Below, one piece after another: positions 42,464-53,026 of a DNA stretch of 64,000 bases. Every line of letters starts with the position of its first letter. Positions within the stretch are counted from its first letter, which is position 1. A model generated the notes under the pieces. The model had not been told where the DNA came from. It made no database searches and saw only the letters and a list, made by a program, of their open reading frames with translations. The DNA is from Clostridiales bacterium UBA1316 (GTDB lineage: Bacteria > Bacillota > Clostridia > Oscillospirales > Oscillospiraceae). The position numbers were made by a program, and so were the translations under genes. The DNA lies in NCBI GenBank assembly GCA_002307055.1, contig DBTM01000036.1, positions 34,416-98,415 on the forward strand, in the 5' to 3' direction.

Positions 42464-43975
42464 TTGAGAAGCAAATTTGCATTATATAATATGTGGTTTT
42501 CATTGATATTAGTATTGACGACATTAGGCGCGAGCTTGATATTGCCAAGATTATTGATTCGGGAATTCGGGTCTTCGGTGTATGGCCTGACCACATCTAT
42601 TTCGCAGTTTCTAGGGTATTTAGTACTATTGCAAGCGGGTATTGGAGGTGTCGTCAGAGCAGCTTTGTATAAGCCGTTAGCGGCAAATGATATTGAAAAG
42701 GTTTCAATTGTACTAAAGACATCTGCAAGCTTTTTTAGAAAGCTGGCATTTATATCCATATTGTACATATTCATTCTGGTCTGGACATTGCCGTTTATTA
42801 TAAAAGGAAATCCGGGTTTTATATTTACAGCTACCCTTGTCATGATTATTGGCGTAGGGTTATTTATCCGTTATTACTTTGGAATCACTTATCAAATGCT
42901 TTTAAGTGCAGACCAGAAGAATTATTTCAGTACAATACTGCAGATAATATTAATCATTATCAATATTATGCTTGTGGTAGTATTGATAAAGCTTGGAGCC
43001 GGAATACACCTTGTGATGATCGGGAGCACTTCCATATTCATCATCAGGCCTATAGTTGTCAATTTCTATGTCAGAAAAAAGTATAAAATCAAAACTGATT
43101 GCCAGCCTGACAAAAATCTGATGGTTCAACGCTGGGACGGCATAGGGCATACGGTCGCTTACTTTATTCACAGCAAGACAGATATATTTTTATTAACAAT
43201 TTTCTTGGGGATAAAGGAAGTAGCTGTTTATTCAGTATATGCTATGATAACTTCGGGATTAAACTCGATAATTACGACGATTGCAGATGCCGTCACAGCG
43301 GCATTCGGGAACATGATAGCAAAGGATGAAAACAACCTAATCGATAAAAACTTCAAGTCATACGAATGCTTAATCCACAGCATTACTATCATTACATTTG
43401 CAAGTGCTGCCGTATTAGTGACGCCCTTTATTAAAATTTACACGAGAGGTTTCAATGATGCTAATTATCTCAGAGATGTTTTCCCTTTCATACTGCTAGC
43501 TGCAGAATGCGTTTATTGCCTCAGACAACCCTATCACATGATTATCACAACGGCTGGACATTATAAGCAAACGCGAAACGGTGCTTTCGTTGAAGCGGCT
43601 CTCAATATTGTGCTTTCAATTACCTTAATTCAATTTTTCGGCACAATAGGGGTTGTCACAGGAACTTTAGTAGCAATGCTATATAGAACTCTAGATTATT
43701 TTTTCTATCTGAGAAACAATATATTATTTATTAAAATCAGAACAACCTTAAAGAGATTGATTATAAGTGTGATGAATATGGCCTGCATCATCATATTTAT
43801 GCATTATTTCGTGAAAATATCGATACATGGTTATCTTAGCTGGATTGGTTCCGCAATCCTGACAACAGTGATTGCGGCGATAATGACATATGGTATTAAT
43901 TTACTGTTTTATCGTAAGGAAATGAAAGACATATATCTTATTGCGCGTAGGCTTGTGAAAAAGAAAACGCAATAG
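42464..43975 (+). CDS. Wzx flippase
   Basis: Polytopic membrane protein, GIGGVVRAALYKPLA, TDIFLLT, position in the cluster. Confidence 0.85.
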   Translation: MRSKFALYNMWFSLILVLTTLGASLILPRLLIREFGSSVYGLTTSISQFLGYLVLLQAGIGGVVRAALYKPLAANDIEKVSIVLKTSASFFRKLAFISILYIFILVWTLPFIIKGNPGFIFTATLVMIIGVGLFIRYYFGITYQMLLSADQKNYFSTILQIILIIINIMLVVVLIKLGAGIHLVMIGSTSIFIIRPIVVNFYVRKKYKIKTDCQPDKNLMVQRWDGIGHTVAYFIHSKTDIFLLTIFLGIKEVAVYSVYAMITSGLNSIITTIADAVTAAFGNMIAKDENNLIDKNFKSYECLIHSITIITFASAAVLVTPFIKIYTRGFNDANYLRDVFPFILLAAECVYCLRQPYHMIITTAGHYKQTRNGAFVEAALNIVLSITLIQFFGTIGVVTGTLVAMLYRTLDYFFYLRNNILFIKIRTTLKRLIISVMNMACIIIFMHYFVKISIHGYLSWIGSAILTTVIAAIMTYGINLLFYRKEMKDIYLIARRLVKKKTQ

Positions 43976-44111
43976 CTATTAACACGCAGCATGACATGCA
44001 TAGATATGAGTGAGAATGAAACTGAATTGTTAAAATGAAGTAAATTCTAAATATTGGACGTACAATATCCTTATACGCAAAACAAAACACCGGAATGAGT
44101 AGGAGCGCAGG

Positions 44112-45371
44112 ATGGATAAAAACTATTTTTTATTTCTTAATCTATTATCAATTTCAGTTAGAAATAATGGCATTGATGACCTGGATGCCAAGGAACTTAA
44201 CAGCATTGATTGGGATGCTGTCTTTCAGCTTGCCGGGAAGCATCAGGTTCAGACACTGCTTTTTCCGGTTATTAAGAAAATCCAAGCAAAAGGCAGCTAT
44301 ATCCCGGAAGATATATACGCGAGATGGACAAGCTTTGTATTGTTTCTCGTGTCAACCGAGCTGGTGAAAATTGATGGCTTCAAAGAGACACTTTCGGAAT
44401 TTAACCGGCAGAATGTGCCTGTCATCATTTTTAAAGGCATTGAGATTAAAGATATTTATCCGTTCCCGGAGTTGCGAATCATGGGAGATATCGATATTCT
44501 TGTGCAAAAGGAGCATTTTGCACAAGGTGATACGATTCTGCAAAAATTGGGGTACGTTGAAAGCCACCGCGATCATCATGTTATTGAATATATGCACCCT
44601 TACTTAAAGGAAATAGAACTCCACAATACGATTATAGACGTAGAAAAAGATGCGCAGTTCCAGTTCTTTAACGAGATTATATGGACAAACGTCAGAAAAA
44701 GCGTCTGGATGGGCGAAAACGCTTTGACGATAAAGCCCTCCGTAAATCTTGCTTACTTATTAATTCATATGTATAAACACTTTGCACGCAACGGCGTGGG
44801 AGTCAGGCAGCTCATCGATGTGGCGCTGTATGGGGTTACATATAAAAATGATATTGAATGGAACGAATTCTGGGAGCTTGTCAGTAAGGCTGGAATCATC
44901 GATTATACATTCTATGTTTTTGCCTGCAGCAAGCGTTACCTTAACCTGGATATTTCGCAGTATAACGAGGAGCTTGATCTTGAGGATATCGTCATCGAGG
45001 AATATCTTGAGCTGTTTACAACGGAGCTGATAGACGGCGGGGTTTTCGGCGGGGATAATGCGAGAAAAAAATCAGAAAATTACATGCTGAATGATGGCTC
45101 AAACAAAAAGTTCAAGGCAGATAATATGCAGCTATTGATTTTCTTTAAGCTGTTTTTCAATCTTTTATTCCCAAAGCCGAAACGGCTCAGTGCGCGGTAT
45201 GATTATGCCATCAAGCAACCTTGGCTGCTGCCGGCAGCATGGATTCACAGAATATTTCATGTCCTGACAAAGAGAAGAAAATACGCTGTTACGTATAACA
45301 AAAGCTTGTTTAGCTTAGCGCGCTCGAAGGACAGATTGGACTACCTGCGTTCCATCGGCTTATTGAATTGA
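44112..45371 (+). CDS. Nucleotidyltransferase family protein (NTP_transf_5-like)
   Basis: IDWDAV...A..HQV, FKG....IYP.PELRIMGDIDILV, IELH, H..KHF...GVGVRQLIDV. Confidence 0.85.
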   Translation: MDKNYFLFLNLLSISVRNNGIDDLDAKELNSIDWDAVFQLAGKHQVQTLLFPVIKKIQAKGSYIPEDIYARWTSFVLFLVSTELVKIDGFKETLSEFNRQNVPVIIFKGIEIKDIYPFPELRIMGDIDILVQKEHFAQGDTILQKLGYVESHRDHHVIEYMHPYLKEIELHNTIIDVEKDAQFQFFNEIIWTNVRKSVWMGENALTIKPSVNLAYLLIHMYKHFARNGVGVRQLIDVALYGVTYKNDIEWNEFWELVSKAGIIDYTFYVFACSKRYLNLDISQYNEELDLEDIVIEEYLELFTTELIDGGVFGGDNARKKSENYMLNDGSNKKFKADNMQLLIFFKLFFNLLFPKPKRLSARYDYAIKQPWLLPAAWIHRIFHVLTKRRKYAVTYNKSLFSLARSKDRLDYLRSIGLLN

Positions 45372-45538
45372 GATAAAGATGAGATAAACGTACGCAGATG
45401 CCGCCTGACATATTATCACATTTGAGCAGTTACTTTGAAACAAGACATGTCTTGTGACAAATTGTGATACAATATGATGCAATTAAGCAGGGAAATATAG
45501 TGAAAAATGATGAATATGATAATAATTTATTAAAACAA

Positions 45539-45567
45539 TTGACATGCACAGTGAAATGCGGTACATT
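45539..45567 (+). promoter_or_regulatory. Sigma-A promoter upstream of the tandem riboswitches
   Basis: TTGACA-17 bp-TACATT. Confidence 0.55.
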
Positions 45568-45604
45568 ATATGTACTAATAGCTGAAACTAGATGAAACAC
45601 ATAA

Positions 45605-45718
45605 CGAAAAGGCAAACTCATTGAAAAATGGGGACGCAAAGCCAAGGGTCTAAGATTATCCTGTAAAATACCAAATTGTGTATTTCTGCAGAATGGTGAT
45701 GACAGCCGGTTACCGAAA
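45605..45718 (+). ncRNA. c-di-GMP-I (GEMM) riboswitch, copy 1
   Basis: GGCAAAC-TCATT-GAAA-AATGG-GGACGCAAAGCC-AAGGGTCTAAG...GACAGCCGGTTACCG matches the GEMM-I core. Confidence 0.9.
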
Positions 45719-45733
45719 ATGGAAGGTTAATAT

Positions 45734-45769
45734 AACCCTCCCCAAAGGTAACTTGAGGGGAGGGTTTTT
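45734..45769 (+). terminator. Expression-platform terminator of riboswitch 1
   Basis: AACCCTCCCC...GGGGAGGGTT followed by TTT. Confidence 0.8.
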
Positions 45770-45840
45770 GCTATCCAATGGATAGCTGTAAAAGTAATAA
45801 TATCCAAGCTAAAGAACAATTAAGATGAATAACAACAAAC

Positions 45841-45941
45841 CGAAAAAGGCAAACCCGTTGAAAAGCGGGGACGCAAAGCCAGGGGTCTAAGGTTCAACAG
45901 CTCTGAAAAGGGTGTTTGACTAGGATAGCCGGTTGCCGAAA
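45841..45941 (+). ncRNA. c-di-GMP-I (GEMM) riboswitch, copy 2
   Basis: GGCAAAC-CCGTT-GAAA-AGCGG-GGACGCAAAGCC-AGGGGTCTAAG...GATAGCCGGTTGCCG. Confidence 0.9.
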
Positions 45942-45997
45942 GTGTTGAGCATTATCTCCATAATGCTTGAACATTTTCAAGAATTATGGAGGTAAAT

Positions 45998-47503
45998 ATG
46001 AATAAAAAAGTTACTAAAATATTAACTATATTATTAGCGGGTATCCTCATGAGCGTAATGGCACTCATTTCCGCGGGAGCAGCAGATACAACAGCAATTA
46101 GCAACACCGATGGTGTTGTCAACGTGAAGGATTATGGGGCTAAGGGTGACGGCGCCACGAATGATTCAAAGGCTGTCGGCAAGGCGCTGGCTGCATCGCA
46201 GAAAAATAATCAAACCTTATATTTTCCCGCTGGGCAGTATAACTTGAACAACGTCAGTTTCACCGTAAATACCAGCTTAACTATGGCAGGTGATCCAAAC
46301 GGCTCGACGAAATTAATCAATCCCGGTTCATTTTACTGCAAGAACAGTATCAGTGTAAAAAACTTCAATATTGTTGATAATTCAGGCGTATTTATATACA
46401 TGCAGCCTACCGGAATGCGTTCTCTGAAAATTGACAATGTGACATACGCCGGAGATACAAACAGCACTCGATTTGTTTATTGCTGCACCAATGTGGTTGG
46501 CAACGGCTTGGAAAATGCTGAGATAACAAACTGTAATATCACAAATACCAGATATGGCATACAGTTGTCATGCCAAATTAACTCAGGCTTGATTAGCGGA
46601 AATAACTTTAACCTGATAGGCAATACCGCTGTTTTGCAGAGTGTAGGCGCAATAGCACTGGGGTATCCGAATTCTGATAAGGTGTCGGCAATGAATGTTA
46701 CGATATCCGACAATCATATCAGCAATGTAGCAGCTGGTTACTCGACGAAAGCTGAAACACGCGAGTGTCAAGGAATATTGGTTTATAGCTTTGGCGGATG
46801 TGTCATTCAAAACAATTATCTGGAGAACATAACCGGAGGCTACGACACTGAGGGTATTTACTGTAAAGCAGTTAATGTGAAAATACTGAATAATACCTTG
46901 ATCAATGTAGGCGATGGTGATGGCGCGATTGTTGACAAAAAGAATTCGCCCAGTAATGATATTATCATCTCTGGAAATACCATAACCAACAATTTTTCTT
47001 CTTCAACTTCTATGATGAAGGGCATACTTGTTACAAGTCAAAAATTCACGATAAGCAATAATAAAATTTCGATGAAAAGCGGTATCGCATTTTATGCAGC
47101 AGTCATTGATGGCGGCGTTCTTGATGGGACTATAACGAATAATATCATTCAAACATACGGCAGAACCAGCATTTATCTCACGCGTCCAACAGGAACGGTG
47201 ACCATAACCGGAAATACAATAACGCAAATATTCCAGTCTGGTGAAAAGCAGGATGCTGTCATCAATCTGACCGGTACTGCCGCGAGCGGGAAAATTACGA
47301 TTGCCCAAAATACCATATCGTTCACCAATACGAACTTGCTAAATATGTATAATACCAGCAAAGACGCCTCCTATGACATATCGGGCAACACACTTATAAC
47401 CAGTAAAGAAATAACAGACTCACTGTACGGCTGTAAAAGCAGCATGCTGAGCAGCATAAAGGCTAATAATATCCAAACCACAAAGCCGAGTACAATTAGT
47501 TAA
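45998..47503 (+). CDS. Secreted right-handed beta-helix protein (pectate lyase 3/GH28-like), paralogue 1
   Basis: Signal peptide MNKKVTKILTILLAG...AGA, VNVKDYGAKGDG..NDS, LYFPAGQY, Asn-rich helix repeats. ATG 45998 follows GGAGG. Confidence 0.85.
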   Translation: MNKKVTKILTILLAGILMSVMALISAGAADTTAISNTDGVVNVKDYGAKGDGATNDSKAVGKALAASQKNNQTLYFPAGQYNLNNVSFTVNTSLTMAGDPNGSTKLINPGSFYCKNSISVKNFNIVDNSGVFIYMQPTGMRSLKIDNVTYAGDTNSTRFVYCCTNVVGNGLENAEITNCNITNTRYGIQLSCQINSGLISGNNFNLIGNTAVLQSVGAIALGYPNSDKVSAMNVTISDNHISNVAAGYSTKAETRECQGILVYSFGGCVIQNNYLENITGGYDTEGIYCKAVNVKILNNTLINVGDGDGAIVDKKNSPSNDIIISGNTITNNFSSSTSMMKGILVTSQKFTISNNKISMKSGIAFYAAVIDGGVLDGTITNNIIQTYGRTSIYLTRPTGTVTITGNTITQIFQSGEKQDAVINLTGTAASGKITIAQNTISFTNTNLLNMYNTSKDASYDISGNTLITSKEITDSLYGCKSSMLSSIKANNIQTTKPSTIS

Positions 47504-47604
47504 TGAGCACAGCTTTTTAGCGCCGGCTGAGACGGGCTTGGCAAATGAAACGAAAGACATACTAGCCGGTATCATCAGACTGTAAGCATTATACAATAAA
47601 ATTG

Positions 47605-47660
47605 AATAGAATCTTCCTTTTACTGTGATAATTGACAGTTATTAAGGAAGATTCTATTTT
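47605..47660 (+). terminator. Intrinsic terminator
   Basis: aatagaatcttcctt...aaggaagattctatt followed by T run. Confidence 0.65.
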
Positions 47661-47756
47661 AATGCGCGGAGTCTCAGATTTTGCGATAAAAATCAGTTGA
47701 CGAACTATACTTTAATGTATATTATGATTTTATATTAAGGTATAGGTGATGAAAAA

Positions 47757-49325
47757 ATGCTATTTCACCTGAGAAAACATATGACTCAGGCATGTTTTAA
47801 AAGAAACAGGCACTTTAAGCGCGTTATTAAACAAAAAAATATTGTACATTGGAGCAGCGTCAGGATTGTATCTCTGCTGCTTGTGTTAATTGCGCCAATA
47901 TTCTTGCTCGGATTGGCGCCGCCTACTGTTCTTAATGTTAAATATTACGGCGCAGTCGGTGATGGAATAACGGATGATTCTGCAGCGGTTGTGAAGGCAC
48001 TTTCCATAGCACAAACCAACAATCTGACACTCTATTTCCCAACCGGGGAGTACAATTTATATAATACCAATTTGAGGGCATATAATAGTATCAGTTTAGT
48101 GGGAGAACCAAATGGGACGTCAAGATTAATTAATCCCGGATATCTATTCTGTAGCAGTGATGTGAGTATCAGCGATCTCCAAGTAAAAGACGATACAGGA
48201 ATATTCGTATATTTACAGCCAAACGCAATGATTAATGTCGCCATCAATCGTGTATCTTATACCGGTGATTCAAGCAATACCAGATTTATATATTGTATTT
48301 CAAATGTATCCGGTAACGGTATAGAAAATCTTAAGATTACGAATTGCGATATTTCAAAGACTAGATATGGGATAATGCTGATGTGTCCTATCAATTCAGG
48401 CTTAATAAATGCAAATAAGTTTAATAAAATAGGTAATTCAGATGCTTTTCAGAGTGTAAGTGCCATAGAACTGGGGTATCCGAATTCTGATACTATCTAT
48501 GCGAACAATGTCATAATATCTAATAATATAATAAGTAATGTAGCAGCCGGTTACTCAACGACAGCAGAAGCACGCGAGTGTCAAGGAATCATGTTATACA
48601 GCGATGGCGGATGCATTATCAGAAACAATTACCTTAAAGATATACTTGGCGGCTTTGATACAGAAGGTATTTACTGCAAAGCGCTTGACGTAAAAATTCT
48701 CGATAATACATTGATTAATGTTGGTGATGGTGACGGTGCGATCGTCAATAAAAGAAATTCGCTGCATAATGATATTATCATTATGGGAAACACCATTATT
48801 AATAATATCATCTCAACCAAACATATGAATGGTATACTTGTTACAGGTCAGGATTTTACGATTAATAACAATAAAATTACGATGACAAGCGGCATTTCAA
48901 TTTATGTAGCCTTAGTGAATGATGCGTTGGTTAACGGAATTGTTGATGGAGTCATAAAAAATAACATCATTAAAACATATGGCAGAACCAGTATTTATTT
49001 AACTCGCACAACGGGACAAGTATCTATTTCCGGTAATCAAATTACGCAAAATTGTCAGTCAAACGAAAAGCTGGATTCTGCAATTAATTTGACCGGTACC
49101 GCTTCAGGCGCGGTGATTAATATTACCGATAACAATATATCTATTGCCAATACGGTATTATTGAATATGTATAATTGCAGTAAAAGTGCCACATATAACA
49201 TTAGAGGCAATGCGTTTAATACCAATGGTGACTTGTCGGATTTAGTTTTCGGCTTAACAGGTAGTATGCTGAATGATGTTAAACGGAACAATACGATAAA
49301 TAGCGACACGATGATTCCAAGTTAA
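47757..49325 (+). CDS. Beta-helix protein, paralogue 2 (N-terminal TM/signal)
   Basis: LNVKYYGAVGDGITDDS, LYFPTGEY, RECQGI...DTEGIYCKA. Confidence 0.85.
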   Translation: MLFHLRKHMTQACFKRNRHFKRVIKQKNIVHWSSVRIVSLLLVLIAPIFLLGLAPPTVLNVKYYGAVGDGITDDSAAVVKALSIAQTNNLTLYFPTGEYNLYNTNLRAYNSISLVGEPNGTSRLINPGYLFCSSDVSISDLQVKDDTGIFVYLQPNAMINVAINRVSYTGDSSNTRFIYCISNVSGNGIENLKITNCDISKTRYGIMLMCPINSGLINANKFNKIGNSDAFQSVSAIELGYPNSDTIYANNVIISNNIISNVAAGYSTTAEARECQGIMLYSDGGCIIRNNYLKDILGGFDTEGIYCKALDVKILDNTLINVGDGDGAIVNKRNSLHNDIIIMGNTIINNIISTKHMNGILVTGQDFTINNNKITMTSGISIYVALVNDALVNGIVDGVIKNNIIKTYGRTSIYLTRTTGQVSISGNQITQNCQSNEKLDSAINLTGTASGAVINITDNNISIANTVLLNMYNCSKSATYNIRGNAFNTNGDLSDLVFGLTGSMLNDVKRNNTINSDTMIPS

Positions 49326-49343
49326 CAACATACAGATTAAACT

Positions 49344-49375
49344 GCAACTCCCCGCCCTTTTGGGCGGGGAGTTGC
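49344..49375 (+). terminator. Strong GC-rich hairpin after paralogue 2
   Basis: gcaactccccgccc-tttt-gggcggggagttgc, perfect 14-bp stem. Confidence 0.7.
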
Positions 49376-49459
49376 CTTGTCCTGTGTGGGGCGGCCGACA
49401 TTTTAATACAAACTTTAAGGACAGCACAAGGGGCAGCGGCATATGATGTCTTATAGGAG

Positions 49460-50881
49460 ATGATGCATGTGTCGGACTTAAACACGGTGTTGCCGGAAAA
49501 CACCATCCAGAATTATATAAATGTGAAAGCTTATGGTGCTCAAGGGGACGGAACGAGTAATGATGCACCCGCTGTAAAAAAGGCGCTCGAGGCAGCGCAA
49601 CAAGCAGGCAAAACGTTATATTTTCCAGCTGGGAAATATAATCTGCAAAATGTTAACTTAACCGCAAAAAAGGATCTGGTGATACTTGGAGAAGCGAGCG
49701 CTAATACTCAGTTGCTTGAGCCGGGTTATTTATTCTGTAATGGCAACGTCACGGTCAGAAATATGAGCATTTTGGACAGCGCAGGCGTATTCCTGTATAT
49801 GCAGCCCTCAAAACCGGTCAAGCTCGCCATTGATAAAGTTATTTATACCAGCCCTGTCGAGTCCGGCGGCGTGACAAGATTTGTATACTGCTCGACAGAC
49901 TCGGCAACCAGCTATATAACACGAGCAGAAGTGACGAATTGTGATATCTCAAATTGCAGATATGGTATTATGCTGGCCTGTAAAATCGACTCAGGCTTGA
50001 TCGATGGGAACGCAATATATAAAATAGGGAATGCGGGCAGCGTTCTTAGTACAGCGGCAATTTCTCTGGGCTATCCAAATTCGACGACAGTCTTTGCTGA
50101 AAATGTAACAATTTCAAATAATCGAATAAGTAATGTCGCCGTCGGCTATTCAACAACAGGCGACAAAAGAGAATGTCATGGTATATTGTTGTATAGTGAT
50201 GGCGGATGTGTTATTCAGAACAACTATCTGGAAAATATAACTGGAGGGGTTGACACAGAGGGGATTTACTGTAAGGCTGTAGATGTGAAAATTCTCCATA
50301 ATACGCTGATAAATGCAGGCGACGGAGACGGCTCAATCGTGAATAAAATGGGAACAAGCGTTAATAATGTTATCATTTCCGGCAACACAATTGTCAACAA
50401 TACTGTTTCCTCAAAAATGCTGTGCGGCATATATATCACAAGTGAATACTTCACGGTCAGTGATAACACGATTACTATGAAGAGTGGGATTGCACTTTAT
50501 AAGACATCCGCATTTGATACGGTGGATGCCGTTATAATGAACAACAAAATTTCTACCTTCGGCAGAACAGCTTTATTTATTGGCCTTATCGCCGGAAAAG
50601 CACTTATTTCATCAAATAAAATAACTTTGATAGCACAGTCCGGCGAAAAGTTGGATTCTGTGTTTAATTTAACAGGCATAAAGTCAACCGGTCAGGCTAC
50701 TGTCACAGATAACGAGGTATATCTGGAAAACACACGCTTGTTTAATGTAAACGGGGCTGAAAAAGGCGCTGTTTATCAGGTCAGTCATAATAAATTTGCA
50801 TCCAATAGTGCGATGACGGCAAAAATACTGGGCTTGTCAAGTGATAAACTCATTAATAATGAATTTTCGCTTGTCAAGTGA
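49460..50881 (+). CDS. Beta-helix protein, paralogue 3 (no evident signal peptide)
   Basis: INVKAYGAQGDGTSND, LYFPAGKY, RECHGI...DTEGIYCKA. Confidence 0.85.
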   Translation: MMHVSDLNTVLPENTIQNYINVKAYGAQGDGTSNDAPAVKKALEAAQQAGKTLYFPAGKYNLQNVNLTAKKDLVILGEASANTQLLEPGYLFCNGNVTVRNMSILDSAGVFLYMQPSKPVKLAIDKVIYTSPVESGGVTRFVYCSTDSATSYITRAEVTNCDISNCRYGIMLACKIDSGLIDGNAIYKIGNAGSVLSTAAISLGYPNSTTVFAENVTISNNRISNVAVGYSTTGDKRECHGILLYSDGGCVIQNNYLENITGGVDTEGIYCKAVDVKILHNTLINAGDGDGSIVNKMGTSVNNVIISGNTIVNNTVSSKMLCGIYITSEYFTVSDNTITMKSGIALYKTSAFDTVDAVIMNNKISTFGRTALFIGLIAGKALISSNKITLIAQSGEKLDSVFNLTGIKSTGQATVTDNEVYLENTRLFNVNGAEKGAVYQVSHNKFASNSAMTAKILGLSSDKLINNEFSLVK

Positions 50882-51126
50882 GCAAAATTGGTAAATTAAC
50901 TTGGTAATAATTATCATCAGGTAAATAAAGTAAAAGTGCAGACCTCCTTTTCGGCAGGAAAAAAGTGACGAAAAGGAGGCTCTCATTATACAGAAATTCC
51001 TGATTTAATAGCATGTTTAGAAGAAACTTGTTGACGAATTATTACGGAACATATATCATTGTAATGAAATAAAATGATTGCTTTTCACGAGTATAGCATT
51101 CTTCCATATTATATAAATGCAAACGC

Positions 51127-52854
51127 ATGAGGTTATGTATGTACGTAAAAAAATTAAAAGCATTCTTTAAAGATTTTACGAATCAGAAGAGATATGCAAA
51201 ATGGATGTTTGAGTATTCAAAGCAATATATTTGGAGTATTATTGGGCTTTTGATTTTAGATGTTTCGATGTCCTTGGTTGGTATTGGTTCGTCTGTCGCT
51301 TCAAAATATGTTGTCGATCTGGCAACGTCCTCACAAGGCTTGGTATTTGGTATTCTAATCATGGTTGCGCTGACGGTGCTCGATATCTCTTTCGGGATTT
51401 TTTATTCTGTCTTTGGCGTTATCGTTAATGAAAAATACTCATTTTCAATCAGACTGAAGCTGTATGCGAGCATCCTTAAAACAAAATGGCCGAAGCTTTC
51501 CAAATATCCCAGCGGAGATTTGATAACAAGGATGACCAGCGATGTTAACGCAGTGACAAGCGGTATTACCTCAACTGTGCCTTCGATAATAACATTGATC
51601 ATACAGCTCGTCACCGCCTTTATCGTTTTATATCATTTTAATCAGAAACTTGCCCTTTTTGCTTTAATCAGTGGTCCTATTGCTGTCGTTATGAGTATAT
51701 ATTTAGCCGCTAAGCTGAAGAGGCTGCAGGTCAAGGTGCAGGAATCAGAATCCGCGTACAGCTCATTTTTACACGAGAGTATGAATAATATCATAATAAT
51801 TAAGTCGTTTTCGAATGAAGAGGAAAGTGTAAAAAAATTAACAGAGCTCCGCAAGGAACGGTTTTATTGGGTTTTTAAGAGAAGCAGACTTACTGTGCTG
51901 ACGAATACTGTTCTGGGTATCGCATTTTCTGCCGGATACATGGTCGCTTTTGCAATCGGTGCTGTGGGTATATCAAATCATGCCATCACATTTGGAACCA
52001 TGACCTTGTTTTTGTCTATGGTGGCACAAATTCAAGCGCCAATCATCGGGCTCGGCAGGACTATACCCAGCTTCGTGTCTATTTTGGCATCTGCCGGGAG
52101 GACAATTGAGATCAGCGAGCTTGAATCGGAGGATCGGAGTACCTCGGGATTTAACCCCGAAAAGGTTAATATTAAGCTCAAGAACGTCAGCTTTAAATAT
52201 GGTGAAGACTATATTTTAAAGGATGTCAGTGTCGATATCACCGCCGGAGATACTGTTGCGATTACGGGAACAACAGGTGTCGGCAAAACGACGATCATCA
52301 AGCTTTTAATGAATTTTATCGTACCATCGGAGGGCGAGGTGCTGTTTTTAGATAATGACGGCAGCTCGGAGCGGACAAACGCCGACAGCAGAAAATTTAT
52401 TGGTTATATACCGCAGGGTAATTACCTATTCAGCGGCAGTATTGCCGATAACCTCAGAATCGGCAGCCCTGAAGCCACGCGTGAGGAAATGGATGAGGCC
52501 CTCAAAAGTGCCTGTGCCGATGAATTTGTTAATGCATTAAAAGACGGTATTGATACAGTCATTGGTGAAAGAGGCGAGGGGTTATCCGAAGGACAGGGGC
52601 AGCGTATTGCCCTCGCACGTGCCTTTATCCGAAAATCGCCGCTGCTTATCTTAGACGAATCGACTTCTGCGCTCGATGAGTTTACGGAGTACAAAATACT
52701 CCAATCAATTAATAACATGCCGCATGATCCGACGTGCATAATTATCACGCATAGGAAAGCGGCAATCTCAATATGTAATAGGCATTTACAAGTGCTCGAC
52801 AGTAAAGTTATCGAAAAAGAACCGGATCAAGCCTTGATCTATTCCGAAACCTGA
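51127..52854 (+). CDS. ABC exporter (fused TMD + ATPase)
   Basis: SGDLITRMTSD, GTTGVGKT, LSEGQGQR, LILDESTSALD, ITHR. Confidence 0.92.
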   Translation: MRLCMYVKKLKAFFKDFTNQKRYAKWMFEYSKQYIWSIIGLLILDVSMSLVGIGSSVASKYVVDLATSSQGLVFGILIMVALTVLDISFGIFYSVFGVIVNEKYSFSIRLKLYASILKTKWPKLSKYPSGDLITRMTSDVNAVTSGITSTVPSIITLIIQLVTAFIVLYHFNQKLALFALISGPIAVVMSIYLAAKLKRLQVKVQESESAYSSFLHESMNNIIIIKSFSNEEESVKKLTELRKERFYWVFKRSRLTVLTNTVLGIAFSAGYMVAFAIGAVGISNHAITFGTMTLFLSMVAQIQAPIIGLGRTIPSFVSILASAGRTIEISELESEDRSTSGFNPEKVNIKLKNVSFKYGEDYILKDVSVDITAGDTVAITGTTGVGKTTIIKLLMNFIVPSEGEVLFLDNDGSSERTNADSRKFIGYIPQGNYLFSGSIADNLRIGSPEATREEMDEALKSACADEFVNALKDGIDTVIGERGEGLSEGQGQRIALARAFIRKSPLLILDESTSALDEFTEYKILQSINNMPHDPTCIIITHRKAAISICNRHLQVLDSKVIEKEPDQALIYSET

Positions 52855-52940
52855 ATTTATATAGCTGAGCGAAAAGCTGCGGTGTTGTGCTTGTAGCTTT
52901 GAAAGCTCAGAGGCATAAACCTGCAAGTTAATAGAGTTAA

Positions 52941-52981
52941 AATGTCTTTGCCAGTTCCCAACGGAATATGGCAAAGACATT
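52941..52981. terminator. Hairpin between convergent ABC and peptidase genes
   Basis: aatgtctttgcca...tggcaaagacatt. Confidence 0.6.
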
Positions 52982-53026
52982 AAAATATGTGGCATCTAAC
53001 CGAATTGGAGTATATTAGAAGAAGCG

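Noticed and set aside
47507..47585. Minus-strand CTGATGA with flanking stems, resembling a hammerhead ribozyme
   Set aside because: The required GAAA after stem II is missing. More likely a 3' UTR structure of the upstream gene.
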